Made by a program: the position numbers and the translations under genes. Below, one piece after another: positions 20,822 to 29,321 of a stretch of DNA of 64,000 nucleotides. The stretch's first letter is position 1. Every line of letters starts with the position of its first letter. This DNA comes from an uncultured Eubacteriales bacterium. GTDB taxonomy: Bacteria; Bacillota; Clostridia; Christensenellales; CAG-917. Location: positions 16,291 to 80,290 of the forward strand of contig URIX01000001.1 in assembly GCA_900547975.1 (NCBI GenBank), in the 5' to 3' direction. The notes under the pieces are model-generated. The model was not told where the DNA came from and did no database searches. It saw only the letters and a program-made list of their open reading frames with translations.

Positions 20822-23515
20822 TTATCTTTCCGTAACGAGAGAGAGATTCCAGTTTTCGCTCGTCAATCCCTTGAACGAGGACAACTCGCTTTCGGGCGTG
20901 AACGTTCTCTCGTCGATTTTGTTTACGTTGTACGCAAACAAGTCGTCTCTTTGATAAGTGGGCAGTTCGACTGCGAGTTCCATAACGAGGTCGAGTGCTT
21001 GACTATAGTATCTTGCACGTCTCTTTTGATCGTTGGTCTTTCTTGCCTTTTCAATCAAGTCGGACAACTCGTTGATTATGCCCTGTTCGGTCGCATAAGT
21101 CTTTCCTGCCGTGTCGTTGAGGATTTGTTTGTAACCCCAGTTAAGCACGGAAGTCGCGGTGGACTCTTTGTGATAGACCTGATACATATCCGGGTCGAGA
21201 GTCGAACCCCACGCAGCCGCCCAAACGGTAAGTTCGCCGGTGGACAACTTCTTAAGAGCGTTCGCGTCCGTGGTCACTGTGATTTGGAATCCGCATTGAT
21301 TGAGGATTTCTCTTGCGTGGAGCATTGCGTTGAACGCGGGGTGATCGGTTTCTTCGCCTGCGATTGTGAACGTATATTTGAGTTGGTTGCTACCCTTTTG
21401 GTAGATACCCTCGCCGTTTACGGTGTAGCCTGCGCTCTCAACCAAAGAGGTGAGAAACTCGATTTGTTGTTCTTCACTCATCTTTTGACCGGATTTCAAG
21501 CCCTTTGCTTCCACGAATTTCTTGTAGTCGGGATTGACTGCATTGAGGTCTTCGGGGATTGCGCCGCCGACGTACGGATAATACGGGGTCGGTGCTTTCG
21601 TGCCCGGAGTGTTGCCGGGATATGCCCAACTCGACTTCGACATAGAACGGTAAATCGGCGAAGCGGTCGTCTTGTAGTAGTCGACGCACTCTTGCGTGTT
21701 GATTGCGTGCATAATGGCTTGTCTGACCTTTATGGACGGCACTTTGCCCGCGTTGATGCCGATATAGCCGTAACCGAGCGTACGAACGGATTTGCTCTTG
21801 AAACCTTGATGGTTGTTGATTTCTTCGATTGTTTCGGGTTTTGCGTTAGGTTCTGCGAAGTCGATTTCACCGTTATAAAGAGTGTTGGTGATTTGGTTTG
21901 CAGAAACCACTTGATAACGCACTTTCTTGATTTTTGCGGGACCCATACAGAAGTAGGGGTTTCTCTCAAAGTAGATGACGCCCTTGTCGCAGAACTCGCC
22001 CGAAGCGATGTTGTCGATACCGCCGCTGGACTTTGATGCCGCATATGCGCCTGCGCCGACGGGAACGCCCACTTTGTCGTCGCCCTTGATGACTTGGTTC
22101 ATAAAGGATTGCGACATAAATTCAACGCCGAAGTTTTCTTCGAAGTCGAAAGAATCGATATAGTTTTTGCCGTTCCAGTTCGTCGTGGAATAGTAATACA
22201 TAGGCGCAACGCCGATTGCGAAGTTCCAGATTGCCTTGGGGTCTACGCCGTTGATGGTGATTGCAAGCACTTCGTTGCAGTCACTCTTGACGTTTCCGTT
22301 CTCGTCATACTCGACGGGCTTGTAAGTCTTGCCGTTGACGGTGACGGATTCGGTGCGGTTTGCAAATCTGATACCCGAAATGTTCTTGACCGCTTTGCCG
22401 CCGAGGTTTTGAGCAAATTCTTCCATCGCTTCTTTCTCAAGGAACTCGGAAAGGTTGGACGCTGTTGCCCAGTAAGTCACGATTTCGTTTACGTCTTTGG
22501 GCATTTTGGTGTTAAACACGATGTCGATTGCTTGTTGTTTCGCTCTTTCTTTGGCTTGCTGAGCGGTTTCGTTGCCCGTGGGGTCGGACCATTTTTTGAT
22601 GTCTGCCAAATCGTTGGTGAAAGTCGCGCTCAATTTGCCGTCTTTTTTGTTCCACGAAATGATACCTTCGTTGTAAAGGAACGCCTCTTGGTCGGTGGTG
22701 AGCAAGTCTTTGTAAAGTTTGCCCGCCTCGTCCTTAAAGGTTATGTCCTTGTAGGTGTCTACGGCATTTGAATAGTCGGAAGCGAGTTCTTCCTCAAACA
22801 ATTCCATCGCTTTCTTGAAGTCTACGACGACGTACTTGCTTTCGGGATTGTTATTGACGTATTTCGTGAGGCTTTCGGTCATAAGGTCGATGTCGTCCGC
22901 AACTTCCTCGTTTTCGTCGATAACGGTTTCAACCGCCGATTTGAGAGCGCTGATTCTGCCGTTTGCGATAATCTTGAATTGATTGTTGAACGATTCTTGC
23001 TCTTTCTCGTTTTGAGTTTGAGTGCGGTACGCTTTAAGACCTACGATGTCCGTCGAATAAATCGTGCTCGAACCGGTGTATGCGGGGTCGAGGTAGACGT
23101 AGTAGTTGAAAAGCACGTCCTTTATCGTAAGATACGAACCGTTCGAGAAACGAATGTTGTTTTTGAGCACGAAATAGTAAGTGTTCGTGCCGTTTTCGTT
23201 TCCGCCGCTGGGTTGTTGCAAGTCAAGCGTGATGACCGCTTCGCTCTCGCCGTACGCAACGTTGCCCTTTGCGTCGTTGGTGAGCATTGAAAGTTGCGTC
23301 ATACCCACAACGCTGTTGTCGGGACCTGTCGTGGAAAAGAACGGGCTGAACACGTTGTCAACTGCCTGCGTAGAGAACACGAGAGGGTCGTTTTCGTTGT
23401 CGTATGCTTTCTCTTTGTCCTTATCGTTGCACGCCGCGAGCATTGAAACGCAAAGGGCGAGCATAAGGACGATCAACACGACTTTCGTAACCGAATTGAT
23501 TTTTGCTGATCTCAT
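20822..23515 (-). CDS. Oversized (897 aa) family-5 ABC substrate-binding lipoprotein (OppA/DppA-like)
   Basis: Lipobox LAAC/NDK. Sits first in an OppBCDF-like operon. I chose the start at the second ATG (23515) because AAGGAG lies 6 nt upstream of it. Confidence 0.75.
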   Translation of the reverse strand: MRSAKINSVTKVVLIVLMLALCVSMLAACNDKDKEKAYDNENDPLVFSTQAVDNVFSPFFSTTGPDNSVVGMTQLSMLTNDAKGNVAYGESEAVITLDLQQPSGGNENGTNTYYFVLKNNIRFSNGSYLTIKDVLFNYYVYLDPAYTGSSTIYSTDIVGLKAYRTQTQNEKEQESFNNQFKIIANGRISALKSAVETVIDENEEVADDIDLMTESLTKYVNNNPESKYVVVDFKKAMELFEEELASDYSNAVDTYKDITFKDEAGKLYKDLLTTDQEAFLYNEGIISWNKKDGKLSATFTNDLADIKKWSDPTGNETAQQAKERAKQQAIDIVFNTKMPKDVNEIVTYWATASNLSEFLEKEAMEEFAQNLGGKAVKNISGIRFANRTESVTVNGKTYKPVEYDENGNVKSDCNEVLAITINGVDPKAIWNFAIGVAPMYYYSTTNWNGKNYIDSFDFEENFGVEFMSQSFMNQVIKGDDKVGVPVGAGAYAASKSSGGIDNIASGEFCDKGVIYFERNPYFCMGPAKIKKVRYQVVSANQITNTLYNGEIDFAEPNAKPETIEEINNHQGFKSKSVRTLGYGYIGINAGKVPSIKVRQAIMHAINTQECVDYYKTTASPIYRSMSKSSWAYPGNTPGTKAPTPYYPYVGGAIPEDLNAVNPDYKKFVEAKGLKSGQKMSEEQQIEFLTSLVESAGYTVNGEGIYQKGSNQLKYTFTIAGEETDHPAFNAMLHAREILNQCGFQITVTTDANALKKLSTGELTVWAAAWGSTLDPDMYQVYHKESTATSVLNWGYKQILNDTAGKTYATEQGIINELSDLIEKARKTNDQKRRARYYSQALDLVMELAVELPTYQRDDLFAYNVNKIDERTFTPESELSSFKGLTSENWNLSLVTER

Positions 23516-23552
23516 TTCTATCTCCTTCATTCGATGAAATTTATTTTTTCTT

Positions 23553-24734
23553 TTATTTTGCTTCCGTCATAGTGACGTCAAAGTCAACTATGGTTGTGTT
23601 TTCAGCCGTTCTGTAACCTTGCTCGAACGCTTTGAAATCGCTTGCGAAATCGAAGTCTTTGTTGTTTACCGGTCCGCTTACTATCTTGTAGGACACTTCG
23701 ATTGAAACGTTTTCTATCTTCGAGTCCGTCGCGCTCATACAAAGCGGTGCGAAATAAATCTTCTTTATCTTCGACGTGCCGCCGTCAACCGTGAACGTTG
23801 CGCCGCTGAACTTGACGTTGCGAAGCGTTGCGCCCGAAAGGCTTTCAAACAAACTTGCGTGAACCGCCGTATCGCCCGAATTGTCGTCGAAGTTGAATTT
23901 GAGGTCGTTGTTTCCCGCGTTGTATGCAATCGTGAAGTTGGAAATCGTATGACCGTTGCCCTCGAACACACCGCCGTAGTTTTCAAAGGAAAGCGTCGCG
24001 CCCTTCATATCGACGTCGGCGAGCAAATAGATGTCGTTGCTTCTTGCCGCAATCAATTCGCTTGCCGTGCGCACGAGAGTGTATTCGCCCTTGACGTACT
24101 TGACGTAAACGTTTATCGCCGTGTCTTCTTCACCGCCGGGGTGCTTATATCCCTTGACGGGTTGAGCGCACTCTGCGTCGAGATAATAGCCGTCGTCCAT
24201 ATATCCGGTGTCTTCGTCCGCAAAAGCGAGAGCGGTGTATCCGCTGCGCTTCGCCGCATAGTTTTCGTAATCGTCGAACTCGTCTCCCTCGGACACGTCG
24301 TAAGAACCGACGATTTGCGTCTGACCTTGCTCGTCGACGTAGCAAACGTTATACAAATACGTCACATTTCTCTTCCAACCTGCATAAAGCGTAACGCCGT
24401 CCGTTCCCACCTTGTCGGTTGCAAAGTCCCACATATCCGAGTAAGTCGCCTTTCCGTCGACTTCCGTTCTCGTTTTGAACCAACCGACAAAAGTGTAGCC
24501 GTCTTTTTTGAATTCCTTGCGAGAAAGCGCGAGCGGCTCGCGAATGAGGTTCGTCGTGCCGTCCTTGAAGTCGTAGTACTGATAGAAAGGCAGAGTGCAG
24601 TTTTGGTATACGCCGCCTTCCGGCTCGAAGGTGATTTTCGTCAAGCCGTCGTAATTCGTCGAATTATTGCAAGCAACGAGCAAGCACGCAATCGACAAAA
24701 TCATTAACGCTGTGACCAACAATTTTTTCTTCAT
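23553..24734 (-). CDS. Lipoprotein with a Listeria/Bacteroides-type (Flg_new) repeat
   Basis: Internal start MKKKLLVTALMILSIACLLVAC/NN with AAAGAGGA RBS. Repeat motif GYTFVGWF...LYAGWK. Confidence 0.75.
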   Translation of the reverse strand: MKKKLLVTALMILSIACLLVACNNSTNYDGLTKITFEPEGGVYQNCTLPFYQYYDFKDGTTNLIREPLALSRKEFKKDGYTFVGWFKTRTEVDGKATYSDMWDFATDKVGTDGVTLYAGWKRNVTYLYNVCYVDEQGQTQIVGSYDVSEGDEFDDYENYAAKRSGYTALAFADEDTGYMDDGYYLDAECAQPVKGYKHPGGEEDTAINVYVKYVKGEYTLVRTASELIAARSNDIYLLADVDMKGATLSFENYGGVFEGNGHTISNFTIAYNAGNNDLKFNFDDNSGDTAVHASLFESLSGATLRNVKFSGATFTVDGGTSKIKKIYFAPLCMSATDSKIENVSIEVSYKIVSGPVNNKDFDFASDFKAFEQGYRTAENTTIVDFDVTMTEAK

Positions 24735-24837
24735 ATATCCTCTTTGTTTTTCGCTCGTATTGCCGCCGAGCGAAACTACTGTCTTTATGCCACGCATACG
24801 CATATATAGCGCACGCGCATATTTTTGATACTTAATG

Positions 24838-24866
24838 ATTCTAAAACTACTTTTGTATAAAGTCAA
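24838..24866 (-). promoter_or_regulatory. Candidate sigma-A promoter of the 24.7-kb cluster (TTGACT-17-TAGAAT)
   Basis: Read on the minus strand, about 100 nt upstream of the ATG at 24734. Confidence 0.45.
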
Positions 24867-25298
24867 ATAATATTGTTACAAAATATAAATTTAATTATTC
24901 TTTTTGTATTTTTATGCAGAAAACGACAAAATTGTATATGCAATTTTGCAAATTTATGAATAAAAGTTCTTCCCTTTCCACACAGCCGCGTCACTTGTTC
25001 AAAAGTGACGTTTTGCGGTGTATTTTCACGAAACGGTATTTTATCATACGATTTTGCATTTATAAACATTATATTTTGCAAATGTCGGTGTTTGAGGCAC
25101 ATATCGGTTACAGATTCGAATATAAAGGCTCGCACCGCCGTATACGGCGTTTTCGAAAACCGTATTTTTGCATAATCAGCAATTTTTCGCCAATAAATAT
25201 ACATTTTACAAATTTTGGTTTTTAGAAAAAACACATCGAAATTTGTGCTTGTTTATGCGACAAATCGCGCCGTTTTGCCGATTTTCCATGCGCAAGTC

Positions 25299-25326
25299 AA
25301 AAAAAGAAAGCACCCCGCAGGGTGCT
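25299..25326 (-). terminator. Rho-independent terminator
   Basis: agcaccc/gggtgct stem followed by a T-run on the minus strand, 20 nt after the stop at 25348. Confidence 0.75.
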
Positions 25327-25347
25327 TGAATTATTGCTCGTTTTGCC

Positions 25348-26121
25348 TCAGATAAAGAGCAACGACAGCGCGATGAGGAACTGTGCAAGATAGTACGTCG
25401 TGTGATTTACGATTATCATAAGACGGGATTCGGGATTGAGTGCGCCCTTGCGTTCATAGTCCGCGGGCTTTGAGAAATAGGTCATCGAAAGCACCATATC
25501 CGACGCCACGAACAGCACCGAACCTGCAACGAGTATGCCTGCCGAAGCAGAGCCTTGCGCGGGCTTGACGTACAGCGCGCTGAGCACCACGAACCAGCAA
25601 AGCAAAAACGCATACGCTATGCTCGGGATAAGGAATTTGCCGAACTGCATTTTCATAACGTATATGCACACTAGGAACATCACCGCAACTATTGCCGCCG
25701 AGCCGAGAGCCGACCAAAGCAGATTCATTTCGTAACCGTTAAAGCGAATCGCCATAGATGTTATGTACAAAACGTGACCTATGCCGAACGCCAACATACC
25801 GAAGTACATCATCGTGTCGCGGTCCTTTTCAACGCCCTCGTATTTGCCTTCGAGTCCTTTGAAATAGATTTTGAAATCGAGGGTTATGTCCCCCACCATT
25901 CCGAGCACCAATCCCATAATCACGAGCGCGCTCGGAAGAAGTTTCGCGTCGGAGTTGCCAATGACGCCGTTTTCGACTACGGCGGCAAGACCCGTCGCGA
26001 TAAAGAACAGCGAAGTCGCGGTTTTAAGCACGATTGCCAGAGCGGACGATTTTTTGTCTCTCGCAATCAAAAACAGAATCAGCATAATTATGCCGCAAAC
26101 AAGCAGAAAATACGGTAACAT
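25348..26121 (-). CDS. Polytopic membrane protein, 257 aa (YhhN/lysoplasmalogenase-like, tentative)
   Basis: ORF track shows 7-8 hydrophobic segments. The family call is from overall resemblance only. Confidence 0.8.
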   Translation of the reverse strand: MLPYFLLVCGIIMLILFLIARDKKSSALAIVLKTATSLFFIATGLAAVVENGVIGNSDAKLLPSALVIMGLVLGMVGDITLDFKIYFKGLEGKYEGVEKDRDTMMYFGMLAFGIGHVLYITSMAIRFNGYEMNLLWSALGSAAIVAVMFLVCIYVMKMQFGKFLIPSIAYAFLLCWFVVLSALYVKPAQGSASAGILVAGSVLFVASDMVLSMTYFSKPADYERKGALNPESRLMIIVNHTTYYLAQFLIALSLLFI

Positions 26122-26345
26122 ACTTTCCCCCTTTTCATACTTTTGATAAGTTTATTTTACACCCATAATTTGAAATATTCAACACTCGATATTTTGCAAA
26201 AGTTTGCAAAACGCCCGTTTTTTTACTGCGCAATCCCTCGCTTGCCGATCTCGTTTGCGATTACGGATTATTATTTTGTCGATTATAATTTGCAAATACT
26301 GCGATTTGGTATTATCATATAAAAAAACGAAATAAGGACGAATTT

Positions 26346-27587
26346 ATGGACGTCATCAACTTTTTGGACAAATCGTACACGGCATACCACGCCGTAAAGC
26401 ACAGCGAATATATCCTTGAAAAACACGGTTTTTCAGAACTTAACCTTGCGGACAAATGGAATCTCGAAGTAGGCGGCAAGTACTACGTCGTCAAAAACGG
26501 CACTTCGGTAATCGCGTTTGTCGTCGGCGAAAATTTTGCTTTCAACATTGCGGCAAGCCACACCGACTCGCCTTGTCTGCACGTCAAGGGAAGAGATTTG
26601 CTTCCCTCGCCCGAAGGCGCAAGGCTCAACGTCGAAGCGTACGGCGGACTTATCCTCTATTCTATGCTCGACGCACCCTTGAAAGTGGCAGGCAGAATCA
26701 TCGAAAAACACGGCGATATGCTCACGAGCAAAATCGTCGAGAGCGACTACAACGTCATTATTCCTTCGCTTGCGATACACCACAATCCCAACGTCAACTC
26801 GGCGTTTTCGGTGAGCGTGCAAAAGGATATGCTTCCGCTCGTCGGCGACGCGGACGACTTCTATTCCACTCTTTCAAAAGAGGAAATCGTTGACGCGGAC
26901 CTTTACGTCGTGCCGGCAACTTCACCTTTCAGAAGCGGCGCAAACGGCGAATATCTCTGCTCGCCGAGAATCGACAATCTCACCAGCGTATACGCAGCTC
27001 TCGCCGCGCTCGTAACCGCAAATCCGCAAAACGTCGCAATTTGCGCTTGCTTCGACAACGAGGAAATCGGAAGCCGAACCAAGCAAGGCGCAAACTCTTC
27101 GCTTATGCAAACCGTGCTTGAAAAAATCACGAGCGGGCTCGGCAAAACCAAAGACGATTATATATCCGCTTGCGAAAAGGGCTTCATTCTTTCCGTTGAC
27201 AACGCCCACGCGCTTCACCCGTCCTTCCCCGAAAAAATGGACGTCAAAGAGCGTGTGTATATGGGCAAAGGCATTGTCGTCAAACATCACGTCAACTATG
27301 CGACGGACGGCGAATCCTCTGCGATTTTCAAGACCATACTCGACAAGGCGAATGTCGAAAGACAGGACTATTACAACAATTCCGACCAACGTTGCGGAAG
27401 CACGATAGGACTTATGGCAAGCGCGAATCTCGGTATGAAAGCGTGCGACATAGGTCTTGCACAACTTGCGATGCACTCTGCCGTAGAAACCGTTTCTTAT
27501 GCGGATATTGCAAAAATGCAAGCGGGCGTAAAAGCGTTTTTCGACACGAGACTCGTCGAATCGTCATCCTCGATTCTTGTCGGCTAA
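26346..27587 (+). CDS. M18-family aminopeptidase
   Basis: N-terminus FLDKSYTAYHAV...GGKYYVVKNGTSVIAF, plus DNLTSVYAAL and FDNEEIGS motifs. Confidence 0.8.
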   Translation: MDVINFLDKSYTAYHAVKHSEYILEKHGFSELNLADKWNLEVGGKYYVVKNGTSVIAFVVGENFAFNIAASHTDSPCLHVKGRDLLPSPEGARLNVEAYGGLILYSMLDAPLKVAGRIIEKHGDMLTSKIVESDYNVIIPSLAIHHNPNVNSAFSVSVQKDMLPLVGDADDFYSTLSKEEIVDADLYVVPATSPFRSGANGEYLCSPRIDNLTSVYAALAALVTANPQNVAICACFDNEEIGSRTKQGANSSLMQTVLEKITSGLGKTKDDYISACEKGFILSVDNAHALHPSFPEKMDVKERVYMGKGIVVKHHVNYATDGESSAIFKTILDKANVERQDYYNNSDQRCGSTIGLMASANLGMKACDIGLAQLAMHSAVETVSYADIAKMQAGVKAFFDTRLVESSSSILVG

Positions 27588-27607
27588 TTTAGATTAAAAT
27601 TGCACAA

Positions 27608-27654
27608 ACGGCACTTTATTTGCAAAATATATGCGAATAAAGTGCCGTTTTTTG
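27608..27654 (+). terminator. Rho-independent terminator
   Basis: acggcactttatt / aataaagtgccgt stem followed by tttttt. Confidence 0.8.
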
Positions 27655-27748
27655 TATAGTAAAAAAATATAAAACTTCGGTTATACTTTGCTTGTGCGTA
27701 TAAAGTCATATTGAAAAGAGATGAATTGCCAAAGAGCAAATGGCAAGA

Positions 27749-28078
27749 GTCAAGGAAGACGATAACGAGGTGCGGAACGTTTGTAAAGAGATAAGTCAGG
27801 CGCAGAGCAAACGCCGAAAATCGCGAAAAGCGAGCACGCGTAGCGCAGTGTTATCTCTTGCAAAACGTTGACCAAGCGCGAAGCAAGGCGCACAAGTCGA
27901 GAAAGGCGAGAACGAGGTGCGGAACGTTTGGTAAAGAGATAAGTCAGGCGCAAAGCAAACGCCGAAAATCGCAAAAAGTGAGCACGCGTAGCGCAGTGTT
28001 ATCTCTTGTAAAACATTGACCAAGCGCGAAGCAAGGCGCACAAGTCGCGGAAGGCGAGAACGAGGCGCGGAACGTACA
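27749..28078. repeat. Intergenic tandem repeat, about 2.2 copies of a 147-148 bp unit
   Basis: Copies start at 27764, 27911 and 28059 (partial) with only a few substitutions. The overlapping repetitive minus-strand ORFs in the track are artefacts of it. Confidence 0.9.
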
Positions 28079-28112
28079 AAACGTACGTGAGCACCTCGCC
28101 CGCAGCCTGACA

Positions 28113-28140
28113 AAGAAAAAGCACGGCAAATATGCCGTGC
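28113..28140 (-). terminator. Rho-independent terminator of rpsI
   Basis: gcacggca/tgccgtgc stem with a T-run on the minus strand. Confidence 0.8.
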
Positions 28141-28167
28141 TTGTTTGTGCGTCTTGAACGCGATTGG

Positions 28168-28581
28168 TTAACGTTTTGAGAATTGAGGTGCTTTACGTGC
28201 CTTGTGCAAACCGTATTTCTTACGTTCTTTAGCACGCGGGTCACGAGTGAGGTAACCTTCTTTCTTGAGGATTGCTCTGTATGCTTCGCTGTCTGCAACG
28301 CAGAGCGCTCTTGCAATACCGTGACGGATTGCGCCTGCTTGACCGGTGTAACCGCCGCCGTACACGTTGACGTAAACGTCGAACTTGTCGGTCGTGCCCG
28401 TTGCAACGAGAGGTTGATTGACGATGAGTTTCATCGTGTCAAGAGGGAAATACTCGTCGAGAGTACGTTTGTTGATGACGATGCTGCCTTCGCCGCCGGG
28501 GATAAGACGAACTCTTGCGATTGCCGTCTTTCTTCTACCGGTGCCGAGATATTGGACTTTCTTGGTTTTCTTAGTAGCCAT
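28168..28581 (-). CDS. rpsI: 30S ribosomal protein S9
   Basis: [12 protein letters not shown]...[20 protein letters not shown]...[11 protein letters not shown]. Confidence 0.97.
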   Translation of the reverse strand: MATKKTKKVQYLGTGRRKTAIARVRLIPGGEGSIVINKRTLDEYFPLDTMKLIVNQPLVATGTTDKFDVYVNVYGGGYTGQAGAIRHGIARALCVADSEAYRAILKKEGYLTRDPRAKERKKYGLHKARKAPQFSKR

Positions 28582-28595
28582 ATTTCACCTCTCAA

Positions 28596-29060
28596 TCAGT
28601 TGAGTTTCAACTCAACGGGGCATTGTGCCTGATGATCGTGCTCTGCACCGACGTAAACGCGGAGTTTTTTGAGCATTTTTGCGCCGAGAGTATTCTTGGG
28701 AAGCATACCCTTGACTGCCTTGTACACGACGAATTCGGGTTTTTCAGCCATCAATTTCTTGTACTGAATTTCCTTCAAACCGCCGATGTAACCGGTGTGA
28801 TAACGATAATATTTGTCCTCGAGTTTTTTGCCTGTGAGAACGACCTTTTCGCAGTTGATGATTATAACGTGGTCGCCGCAGTCGACGTTGGGTGTATATT
28901 CGGGTTTGTTCTTACCTTTAAGGATAGAAGCAACCTGAGATGCAAGGCGGCCGAGAACCATATCGGTTGCATCGACAACGTACCACTTGCTTTCAACTTC
29001 GCCGGGCTTTGCCATATAAGACTTATTGTTTTTTGCCATTGTTGACAAATCCTTAGCCAT
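28596..29060 (-). CDS. rplM: 50S ribosomal protein L13
   Basis: [17 protein letters not shown]... The start at 29060 was chosen for the GGAGG 9 nt upstream. Confidence 0.95.
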   Translation of the reverse strand: MAKDLSTMAKNNKSYMAKPGEVESKWYVVDATDMVLGRLASQVASILKGKNKPEYTPNVDCGDHVIIINCEKVVLTGKKLEDKYYRYHTGYIGGLKEIQYKKLMAEKPEFVVYKAVKGMLPKNTLGAKMLKKLRVYVGAEHDHQAQCPVELKLN

Positions 29061-29321
29061 TGTGCTAACCTCCAAAATTTGTTTTCGCAAGAGCAAGGCT
29101 TAGATCGGAGGGGCTAGTTCTTCTCGCGCCATACGTCTTTCAAAAATATGCTTGATAATAATATTAGATATAACGAAATAAGTCAAGCGTTTTTGTCAAA
29201 AAACGGATATTTTTTGCAATCGTCTTCCGTTATTCTCGTTAAGAGTGTTTTTACCGCACGTTTTCAATCCCCGTTAAGGGCGCAATCGGCGTGCGTTTTT
29301 CCCTCCCTCGTAAAGGCGTAA

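Noticed and set aside
23553-24866. Longest-ORF starts given in the track for several genes (24866, 23530, 29096, 31683, 34405, 37322, 37742, 49478, 51107, 52106, 59521, 59924).
   Set aside because: Internal ATGs with proper RBSs and canonical N-termini (signal peptides, MCGIIGY of GlmS, and so on) fit better. The upstream extensions start at weak or alternative codons without an RBS.
24863-25388. ORFs 24863..25234 (-), 24914..25225 (+) and 25206..25388 (-) in the AT-rich region upstream of the cluster.
   Set aside because: There are no RBSs and the translations are low-complexity and Lys/Phe/Ile-rich. The region is better explained as promoter/leader DNA with many TTGCAA-like hexamers.
27749-28129. 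CRISPR array, or the repetitive minus-strand ORFs (27750..27974, 27796..28113, 27944..28129), as real genes.
   Set aside because: The units are contiguous 147-148-bp tandem copies without spacers. The ORFs are mutually overlapping repeat artefacts with Arg/Ser/Leu-rich translations.
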